A stretch of DNA of 60,033 nucleotides, the filler included, from Squatina squatina (Eukaryota), in NCBI GenBank assembly GCA_031763465.1. It is 4 parts of 4 records of this genome, joined end to end, with 100 filler letters (N's around TTAATTAATTAA, not from the genome) between each part and the next. Parts side by side here need not be neighbours in the genome. Positions count along the whole stretch, not along the records: positions 47,300 to 60,033 come from JARFOE010000233.1; 3 more parts are not named here. One strand, given 5' to 3'. Below are positions 50,902 through 60,033 of this stretch, one piece after another; the first letter of the stretch is position 1, and every line of letters starts with the position of its first letter. The position numbers were made by a program, and so were the translations under genes. The notes under the pieces are model-generated. The model saw only the letters and a list, made by a program, of their open reading frames with translations, did not search any database and was not told where the DNA came from.

Positions 50902-51656
50902 TGCCAAGTCTGGTGTGGTCTGTACCTGTTTTATGGCTCTGTCTATCTCAAGGACACTTTTGCTCAATATTCCCATCAAATCATTGAAGGACACAGAAGT
51001 TCCTAAGACACCTTTTGTCCGGTCTTGCAGCATAAAAGAAAAAAGTTCAGCAAAAGACAGTAAGCTGCTCGCTGTCATTGGACTCAGTGGATCCAGATTG
51101 TTCTGCTGCATATCCAATGCATACTTCCACAAGTTGATGCACCTTTCAAAATTGCCAGAATCAGCATAGACAGCACCCCTATATCTTATGTAGTAAGATG
51201 TATCAGGGTGTGAAGGACCCAGTATTCTTTCTCTGATTAACAGTGCCTGCATCCTCATCTCATCTGGATCAGCAATCAAGGCTTCCAGTTCCTCTCCAGA
51301 GATTACTTCTTTGGCATAATCGTAAGCCATTACCAACTGCTGGGGCTCTGGCTTAGTAAGGACGTTAGCCCCATCACTATATCGCATGTCCATAGCTTTC
51401 TTCCAGTATTTCATAGCTCCAAGCAAGTCTCTCTTCTTGTCCACAAATGTCGCTCCTAGCAGTTCTAGGGCATCAATACGTTCAATTTTACTTGTTTGTG
51501 GGTGCTGGGTCAGGAAGTCCACAATGTTTGTGTGACCGGTCACACTGGCTGAAAGCAGGGGGGTCATCCCATAGCCGTCTTTCTCCATTTTGGCTCCATA
51601 TTTAAGCAACATCTTCATGATCTCCAGGCTCCCAGACTCAGCACAGTCATGCAAAG
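50902..51656 (-). CDS. FEM1C: Protein fem-1 homolog C (ankyrin/TPR, CRL2 substrate receptor); partial large exon truncated by gaps
   Basis: LHDCAESGSLEIMKMLL...GYGMTPLLSASVTGHTNIVDFLT...ALELLGATFVDKKRD...RERILGPSHPDTSYYIRYRGAVYAD; neighbours are TMED7/CDO1/AP3S1. Confidence 0.95.
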
Positions 51657-51756
51657 NNNNNNNNNNNNNNNNNNNNNNNNNNNNNNNNNNNNNNNNNNNN
51701 NNNNNNNNNNNNNNNNNNNNNNNNNNNNNNNNNNNNNNNNNNNNNNNNNNNNNNNN

Positions 51757-52797
51757 CATAACCTGCGGAGCTAGGGACCAAGAGTTGGAGAATTGAATTA
51801 GGCTGGATAGCTCGTTTTCGGCTGTCACAGACACAATGGGCCAAATGGCCTCCTTCTGTGCCATAACTTTCTATGATTTTATGATTCAGCTTGGTTCTCT
51901 ACTGTATTATTAACCTTACAATTGTTGTAAATCTCCTTTTTCTGTCTCATTTTAACCTCCTACATTTTGAGTCATCCAGAGAGCTCTTGCTTTTGATGCC
52001 CTTCCTTTCTCTCCTCATGGGAATGTGTCTACTCTGTACCCAGACCATCTCCTCTTTGAAGGTCTCCCGTCGTTCAATTACTGTTTTTCCTATCAATTTT
52101 TGCTTCCAATCCACCTGGGACATATCTCATTTCAACTCAGTGAAGTTTAAAGCTTGATTGTACCATGTCCTTTTCCATAACTACTCTAAACCTGATATTA
52201 TGATGACTGTTCCCCAAATGCTCTCCCACTGAAATATGCTCCTCTTGCCCCATTACATTCCCCAGAACTAGATCCAGCACTGCTTCCTTCCTCATTGGGC
52301 AGGAAACACACTGAACAAGAAAGTTCTCTTGTACATATTTCAGGAATTCCTCCCCCTCTTTGCCCTTTACACTGTTACTATTCCAGACTATATTTGGATA
52401 ATTGAAATCCTCCATTATCACTACTTTATAGTTCTTGCATCTTTCTGTTATTTGCCTGGAAACTTGGTCCTTTATCTCCTTCCCGTTATTTGGTGGCCTA
52501 TATTAAACACACAGTAGCGCAATAGCTCCTCTATTATTCCTTAATTCTAACCAAATATATTCTGTCTTTGAACCCTCAACTACATCATTCATTTCCGCAG
52601 CTGTTTACAATATATATTATGATTTAGAGGAAGGAAGCAAATGTACTGTAGCCAAATTTGCAGATGATACAAAAATAGGTGGGAAGGCAAGCTGTGAGGA
52701 GGATACAAACAGTTTACAGAGAGATATTGGTAGGTTAAGTGAGTGGGCAAAAAGTTGGCAAATGGAGTATAATGTGGGAAAATGTGAAGTTGTTCAT
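51757..52797. mobile_element. CR1 LINE fragments (minus-strand endonuclease region; plus-strand RT FADD piece at about 52605-52797)
   Basis: IMEDFNYPNI...LDLVLGN...GEHLGNSHHN on minus; AKFADDTKIGG...YNVGKCEVVH on plus. Confidence 0.85.
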
Positions 52798-53244
52798 NNN
52801 NNNNNNNNNNNNNNNNNNNNNNNNNNNNNNNNNNNNNNNNNNNNNNNNNNNNNNNNNNNNNNNNNNNNNNNNNNNNNNNNNNNNNNNNNNNNNNNNNATA
52901 TTTTCACTGATATAATTGCAAGGGATGAGATGCATCACTTACTGCTATGTTCAAAAAAAATGCTACGAATTATTTAACATAAGCAAAATTAATTACCAAT
53001 AGCTTTGCCCCCTAGTGGACAGAGCCTGTGATGCAGATATCTGTTGGACATCCAGTTGCAGCAAAATTACAATATTGTAATCTCTGAATATTTGCTCTGG
53101 TGAATAATCCAAAAAGTGATGAGAAAATCAGTTCAATGAGGATTTTAATCTTAACAGCTTTCCTGGACCTAATCCTCAAACAAACAAGTCACTGAACTGA
53201 AAACTGTTAGGTACTGCTTAGACCTTGTGTGCCATGGCTACTCG

Positions 53245-53468
53245 TTATGAACCAACACGTGTAGAAGTGGTTCTTTTATCTGAGAAGAAGCTCCTGAGAA
53301 GAACCACCTGGCCAAGACTCACAACCAACAAGATGAGAGCTTCTCCCACGGACCAAAAAGCGACCCTCGAGTTCAGGTCCTCAGCACGACTTCGTCCTTG
53401 TGCTTCCCTTAGACGGAAATGAGTTTGATAATCAATGACCGACTTCATGGCTTCATGCATTGTGACAC
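53245..53468 (-). CDS. TMED7: TMED7 (p24 family) last coding exon, 5' end missing
   Basis: [73 protein letters not shown]; the expected MESAC start and splice acceptor are replaced by CR1 sequence. Confidence 0.9.
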
Positions 53469-54620
53469 TATATATGAACAGGAGCGGCGGCTAAAGGGAA
53501 GCTGAGAGGAGAAGGCCGAGAATGCAGGCAGACCTGAATAAGAGCGGCAGCTAAAAGGGAACTGAGCGGCGACTTAAAAAAAAACCCAAAACAAGGTAAA
53601 TGATTGGTTCATGAGTATTACAGCTCTTTTGCTCCTTAGGTTAGGTAAATGGATTAAATTCAGAACTGGGAGAGTAATAACTACTGTAACTTTATTGAAT
53701 TAATAACTTAAACTGAATTAACTAATTAAAATTACAAGTTAAAAGTAAAAATAATCATGTGAATAAATATTGTAACTAAATATATAAATAAAATAAGGTT
53801 GATAGAGATGGCAGTACAGGTGGTGTGTCAAAACTGCAGCCTGTGGGAGTTGGCGGAGACCAATGAGATCCCGAGCTGCAGCTCAAGGATCATCGGCTCA
53901 GAAGTGCTGAACTGGAGTCCGAGCTGCAGACATTGTGATGCATCAGGGAGGGGGAGAGTTACTTGGATACTTTGTTCCAGGAGGCAGTCACAGTCTTTAG
54001 GTTAAGCAATACTTTAGAGTTTGTCACTGGTCAGGGACAGGAGGGTGTGACTGTGAGTCAGGAAGGTATGGGAACCCAGGATGTAGTGATGGAGGTGCTC
54101 AGCCCTTGACCTTGTCCAACAGGTACAAGGTACTTGCTGCCTATTTAGACGAGAACAAGGACTGCAGGGAGGATGGACAAACTGACCGAGGTTCAAGAGG
54201 CCATTCAAGTGGGGGGAGTAAAACGTAATGTGGTAGTGGTAGGCAACAGTATAATCAGGGGGATAGATACTGTTCTCTGCAGCTAAGACAGGGAGTTCTG
54301 GAGGTTGTGTTGCCTGCCCGGTGCCAGGGTTAAGGATACCTCCTCAAGGCTGGAAAAGAATTTGGAGTGGGAGGGGAAGAATTCAGTTGTCATGGTCCAC
54401 ATAGGAACCAACGACATAGGTAGACCTAGGAATGAGATTCTGCTGAGGGAGTTTGAAGAACTAGGATCCAAATTAAAAAGCAGAACCTCAAAGGTAATAA
54501 TCTCTGGATTGTTACCTGAGCCGTGGGCAAATTGGTATAGGGACAAACAGATTAGAGGTTTAAATGCGTGGCTCAAAGAGTGGTGTCGGAAGAAGTAGTT
54601 TCAGTTCATGGGGCATTGGC
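53469..54620 (+). mobile_element. CR1 LINE 5' UTR and degenerate ORF1 (Cys motif plus SGNH esterase)
   Basis: VVCQNCSLWE; VVVGNSIIRG; CCLPGARVKD; VHIGTNDI; VIISGLLP; LNAWLKEWC. Confidence 0.85.
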
Positions 54621-54876
54621 NNNNNNNNNNNNNNNNNNNNNNNNNNNNNNNNNNNNNNNNNNNNNNNNNNNNNNNNNNNNNNNNNNNNNNNNNNNNNNNN
54701 NNNNNNNNNNNNNNNNNNNNGTTGAATTTGCCAATACTTTTGAAACTTTATAGCAGACTAGGTCAAATTGAAAGCATCAAATGTATTGCTAAATCTTCAA
54801 GACTATCACTCTGCATGCAACCGGAAAAGGAATCTATCAAAAATTTGCACAAATCCTATGCTTTAGTACTTCGTAC

Positions 54877-55122
54877 CTGAGTCAGTGCTGAGACTCGGTT
54901 TTCATTGGGAAACAAAGGAGGGTCGTCCCCAACCTGGAAATCAAAGTACACGGTTTTGTGTGTGAAGGTGGAAAACTCGTTGCTGAAACAGAACTTATAA
55001 GTTCCATTTTTTGCAGCTGTGAAGGTGAAACTGTCATACTGTTTCTTCATCTCCTTGTACAAAACTGCACCATCAGCATCTTCCAACCGACAGTCTACAT
55101 CATAATGACCACCAGTAATGAC
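54877..55122 (-). CDS. TMED7: TMED7 exon 2 (GOLD domain)
   Basis: tttaacag|GTC...ACTCAG|gtacga; [34 protein letters not shown]...[23 protein letters not shown]; 246 bp. Confidence 0.95.
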
Positions 55123-55897
55123 CTGTTAAACACAAAGATTTAAACAATTTAGATGTACAAAATTCATAACCCAGTCTCAAACTAAAAAGTCAATACAAAG
55201 TGCATAAAATTTTCAGCTAAAACACTACAAAGAAAAGTTTTCACTAACACGTAGATCTCATTACCAGAACACAATTTCAGTTAAATCAAGTTGCTATAAT
55301 ACTTTAAACCTTTGGTTGCATTTTGACATTCAGAATTTCATACTAAAAACACAGCAATTGTACAGCAAGTAATGTTTTGAAAAGAAAAGCGCAATATATC
55401 ACAGCAGGCTAGATCACGGTCGATGCTATACCAAAATCATCCAAACAAGTTCTTGCTTTCAAGCAAAGCAGTTTGTAAGAGATGTTAAACATTTTTTTGA
55501 GCAAGGCAATTAGGCACCGCCTTCTGGACAGTTGAAGAATAGCACCGTCAGGCCTCCACTATGATTTGCTGCAAACTTCAGCCAGAGGCAAATGAATGAA
55601 AAGGAGATTAGGGACCCATTCAATAGAAACATTTATTTGGAATAAAGAGAACAAGGAAGTCCACAAAACATTGGTTTCAAGACAAATTATTTAATCTTGG
55701 TATCCGAAATTAAACATGAATTTTTAAATTGTACATTGTGACAAGCCACATCATAATTAAACTTTAATCTGCACGCCATATAGTATACTTGTTATAATAC
55801 ATTGTGATGTGCATTATACTGATAATTTGACAAATGGTGCACGATTGCACATGGCTTTTTGAAAACGTAGGGAGCTTGCATTCATATTTAGTAACAA

Positions 55898-56305
55898 TGG
55901 CCCAGATTTTCAGGGGCTTATAACTGCGTACGCAGCCATAAGTGACCTGCAAGTTCCAGGTTTCTGCATGCGCAAAAACCAGGAACTTGCAATCCATCAA
56001 GTTCATTTACATCCCCAGGAAATGGACATTCGCTGGCGGAGAGTTGGGCTATTTATCCAACTACTGCCCATGAATCTCTTTCACCTGGTACAAGCAGGCG
56101 TAGGGTCTTTTATCAGTGCAAGAGTTTTAAAAATGTAATTAAATATTAAAAACTTAAAAATTAATTGTTATTTTTAGCCCTTTTAAAACATGTAAATTTA
56201 TTTTTCAAAAAGTTAATTTGTTTTAAATATTTAATTGTATTTTAATTAATTGAGCATGTAGTGATTTATTTTTATTTAAGTGGAGTGCAATTTGTATTTT
56301 TTAGG
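55898..56305. mobile_element. Non-autonomous DNA transposon (MITE-like) end with internal hairpin
   Basis: Starts GGCCCAGATTTTC; hairpin TGCAAGTTCC...GGAACTTGCA at 55948-55991; similar GG..AATT-type ends near 2070, 37668 and 44643. Confidence 0.45.
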
Positions 56306-56756
56306 NNNNNNNNNNNNNNNNNNNNNNNNNNNNNNNNNNNNNNNNNNNNNNNNNNNNNNNNNNNNNNNNNNNNNNNNNNNNNNNNNNNNNNNNNNNNNNN
56401 NNNNNGAATTTTGGGTTTGCAAGTAAGGAAAGAGATTATTTTCCAAGTAAAGCTGGTGAATGACCAGAGTTAAGAAAATGCAAGTTCTAGTTTGTTGCTC
56501 AAGTTGAGATTTTTAGGAACATTGTGGCCATCAGTATTTTTTGTTAAAATGGGGACAGGTTTAGAGGAATGGGTTTCTTCAAATGAAAATGTCCTTCAGT
56601 TTGCTCAGAATGAACATCAATAAAAGTTGTATATTTGTTTCCAGGTGTTGAGTAAATTGCATGATTTCCATTTTTCTTGAAGCTAAAACATTAGTGTGCA
56701 GCTACAAAAACTTTCTGAACAATGTATCTAAATCACATGCTGTTTTTGTTTTTTAG

Positions 56757-56926
56757 ATTCAATTGGGTTGCACAGAGTTGAAAATGTGAGCCACACAGAG
56801 GTGGCAGTCAGCCTTCACTTGTATAGTCCTCCCTTTGACTCTTGCAACTGCTTTGATCAAAGAACTGGACACAAAAAGCAAGTGAGAGTTACTTTCTCAA
56901 GCAAATATGGAGAACTAATTCCACTG
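56757..56926 (+). CDS. CDO1: Cysteine dioxygenase type 1, exon 4 equivalent
   Basis: tttttag|AT...CCACTG|gtaagt; (D)[39 protein letters not shown], including the HRVEN and SLHLY active-site motifs. Confidence 0.95.
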
Positions 56927-57249
56927 GTAAGTGAAATATTCTGCATCTTCCATGTAAATGGAAGAAATCGTGCCCAGTACTAAATAGAATCTTGGTGGAA
57001 TTTCCTGAGTATTTGCACTTTGTGTCCACTTGGGTCATAAAGCATCAATCCCCCAATTTCCTCACTTGTGCTCATCTACTGATCCTTACAGCTGAATGCA
57101 TCTCTACTCATTATAATTGCTTTGCCCTGACTAAGGAGTCATCCATGCANNNNNNNNNNNNNNNNNNNNNNNNNNNNNNNNNNNNNNNNNNNNNNNNNNN
57201 NNNNNNNNNNNNNNNNNNNNNNNNNNNNNNNNNNNNNNNNNNNNNNNNN

Positions 57250-57493
57250 CCCGACTCTTCTCACAGGCATTTCGAAATAGCACGGTTTCTTGCTGCCGCC
57301 TGCTCTGAACTGCTGCGGCTGCCGTCGCCATGAAAGGCCTTGCCGACAGGGGAGTTTCCGGCGCTTCCTGACGGACAGCTTGTTTAGGATTCAGTTACCT
57401 ATTTCCACCTCCCCGACCGTTCATGTTTCGGAGGAATTCTGCTGCGATTCCCGCTGTCAGACGGTGTTTCGGGAGCAGAGCCCTTCAGTCATC
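57250..57493. promoter_or_regulatory. CpG-rich promoter/5' UTR of AP3S1, possibly bidirectional
   Basis: Local CpG enrichment; ETS-like TTCCGG and CTTCCTG at about 57356-57370; divergent ATG at 57331. Confidence 0.5.
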
Positions 57494-57562
57494 ATGATTA
57501 AAGCCATTCTGATATTTAACAACCACGGCAAGCCGCGCCTCTCCAAATTCTATGAGCGTTAT
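57494..57562 (+). CDS. AP3S1: AP-3 complex sigma subunit, first coding exon
   Basis: atcATG...TAT|gtgagt; MIKAILIFNNHGKPRLSKFYERY; AP3S1 preferred over AP3S2 from the sequence and the CDO1/TMED7 neighbourhood. Confidence 0.93.
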
Positions 57563-58279
57563 GTGAGTATGAGCAGGACGCGGGGACTGCGGGTCATTAG
57601 CTGTCAACTGCCACGCGCCCCCCAGGCCAGGTTCCAAGCGAGGGCTCGCGCAATGAGCAGCCTGGGCTAAAGATAAGGGGTTGAGGGTGAGGTTTACATC
57701 GGGCAGTCACAACGCACGAGCCGAGCATACTGATGCATTAAATTGGTGCTCAGTGAGAGAGCTTGTTTTGAATTCTAAACTCGTTTGTGCGTGCGAAGTT
57801 AGTGGATGCATAAAAAGACCATGCACCAGATCTCAATCTAATCCGAAGATTTTTTTTTCGGTAATTGCCTCATTAGTCGTTCTTTGTGCGGAATATTCCG
57901 AAGTGGAATTTTAGAATTACACTGCTCTTCAGAAGGTCGGCTGCAAGCAATTCTCATGAAGTAGCTGCCAGGATAATGATGTGTACAAGTGCAAGAAGTC
58001 AGACATCAGCTGCACGAAAAGCTGTTTGACAAGCTTTCCAAAGAAAAACATGTAAACTAGTAGTTGGAGGAGCAACAGAGGAGAGAGGAGCTGACCTTTG
58101 GAAACACTGACTGTGTGTGCTCCAGAGAGGAGGTGACAGAAGGAGGAGGAGAGAACAAGAACAACTTCCAGCCATCAGCAGAGGTGCTGCAGAGCAGAGG
58201 GAAAGAAAATAAAATTAAAAAAAACATGTAGAGCCCAATGACATAACGTCAAATCAAACTAATATTTGCGCAATGGGTC

Positions 58280-58486
58280 ATAGTAGAAACATAGAAAATA
58301 GGTGCAGGAGTCGGCCATTTGGCCCTTCCAGCCTGCACCACGATTCAACACGATCATGGCCGATCGGTACCCCCGTACCTTCCTTCTCTCCATACCCCAT
58401 AATCCCTTTAGCTGTAAGGTCCACGTCAAACTCCCTTTTGAATGTAGCCAATGAACTGGCCTTAACAGCTTCCTGTGGTAGAGAGT
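58280..58486 (-). mobile_element. CR1 LINE 3' end
   Basis: 3' UTR with GAAGGGCCAAATGGCCGACTCCTGC and (TTTCTA)-like tail. Confidence 0.75.
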
Positions 58487-59799
58487 NNNNNNNNNNNNNN
58501 NNNNNNNNNNNNNNNNNNNNNNNNNNNNNNNNNNNNNNNNNNNNNNNNNNNNNNNNNNNNNNNNNNNNNNNNNNNNNNNNNNNNNNCTGGGATGTTGTCG
58601 GGGCCCATTGCCTTTGCTGTATCCAGTGTGCTCAGCTGTTTCTTGATATCACGTGGAGTGAATTGAATTGGCTGGAGACTGGCTTCTGTGATGATGGGGA
58701 CCTCGGAGAGGCTGATATGGATCATCCACTTAAAACTGAGGTCCTATATGTACAGTGGATGTAAAAGACCCTTTTATCTCATTGTTTGTAGAACGTTGCT
58801 GGTAAGGAATTGGCTGCTGCATTTGACCAAATAAAATGCAAAAAGTAATTCATAGAAATCTACAGCACAGAAAGAGGTCATTCGGTCTATCGTGTCCGCT
58901 GACAAAGAACTAATTAGCCTAATCCCACTAAAGCATAATTATGTGAAACAATTTTGAGGCAGTCTGACACCTAATTTTGAGTGCAAGTATACTAATCCAA
59001 TGGATATAGATTTGAAGAAAGTCATTAGCTTTCCAAGCAATATTTCAGTAAAATGCTCTAACTCCGAGTAATTCAGCCTGAGCTCTGTAATGGAGAAGGG
59101 ATATGATGTTCACTCCACTTGGTTACAGACAGTGTCACCGGTGATAATGGTGGGGGGCATGTGCGGTGATGAATTAAAGGTATAATGTAAGAAGCATAAT
59201 GCACAACATTAAAGCATATTGGCTTGTCTCTTCTGTAGTATATTGATATGAGTCTACTAAGCAAGCCTAGAGACAAAATTTGCACAACAGAAAAATAATT
59301 TGATCCTTCTTATAGTTTTGATCTTATATTCTTTTCAGTAAAGACTTATAACTGTTAATTATTTTAGTAATGGGTAAGAAAATTTTAGTACCTAAATCAA
59401 ATATATGGGTTACTCGGCCACACCTTGCTGTTTTGTGCAGATTATACAGCACAAAGTGACTGTGTCTTGATTCCATTATTATACAAGTACCTTCAAACCA
59501 TGTTTATGCTCCATGTGGTAAATGCAGTGCAAATTTCTGTGTATGGAGATATTAAATCTCTAGCAGCTCAGGATGAGGGTGATGGTCTGGTGGTGGAATG
59601 AAGGTATACAACAAAGGAGAACATTTGGCCGGCTCTGTTGTACTGTTTTTTAGCTCGAGCAATTTAATACTAATCCCAGTGTCACGCTGTCTCCCCATAG
59701 CCCTGTATTATTCTTTTTCCTCTCTTTCCTCTCAAATCCTTGAATGCATTGTCGCTTCCCAAATCTGTGCCCATCTTTCCTGGAACTCTATGTTTGAAT

Positions 59800-60033
59800 C
59801 CCTTCAATCAGGTTGCCAGCCCTGCCACAGTATTGAAGCGGCCTTTATCAAAGTCACACATGACGTTCTCATCCTTTTTGCCCTGTCTGCAGCCTTTGAG
59901 ACCACACCATCCTCCTCCAGTCTCCAGTGCCTCTCCTCCGGAACTGCCCCTGTCTGGTTCTATTCTTACTTATTCAATCGCAGCCAGATATACCTGCAAT
60001 GGCTTCTCTTCCAGCTCCCGCCCCGTTACTGCT
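59800..60033 (+). mobile_element. L2-clade LINE RT fragment
   Basis: QSG...HS.E.A.IKV...LSAAF motifs, degenerate. Confidence 0.7.

Noticed and set aside
50680-51864. 394-aa ORF as a complete gene
   Set aside because: Only 50902-51656 is FEM1C; both ends are unrelated contigs (one a CR1 tail) read through N gaps

Overview
Vertebrate genomic DNA, very probably a shark or other chondrichthyan (inferred from the CR1/L2/RTE LINEs and SacSINE1-like DeuSINEs), from a heavily fragmented assembly: contigs of about 0.2-3 kb joined by 100-N gaps, plus three artificial N44-TTAATTAATTAA-N44 linkers that split the window into four blocks. Distances and some orientations are therefore not real. Isolated GT-AG exons are recognisable for PDE5A (block 1), MAP3K5 and PEX7 (block 2), MRC2 and MCCC2 (block 3), and FEM1C, TMED7, CDO1 and AP3S1 (block 4). 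The standout is a contig at 19130-21707 carrying the 3' end of an endogenous retroelement on the minus strand: a splice acceptor, a ~683-codon frameshift-free envelope gene broken by four in-frame stops, a polypurine tract and a TG-starting LTR. The envelope has a paramyxo/pneumovirus F-like (lokiretrovirus-type) layout rather than a classical gamma/beta-type one. Also notable are a CR1 5' end fused inside the last coding exon of TMED7 and an intact unknown ORF with a heptad repeat. All family assignments are from memory of these protein families; no searches were run.
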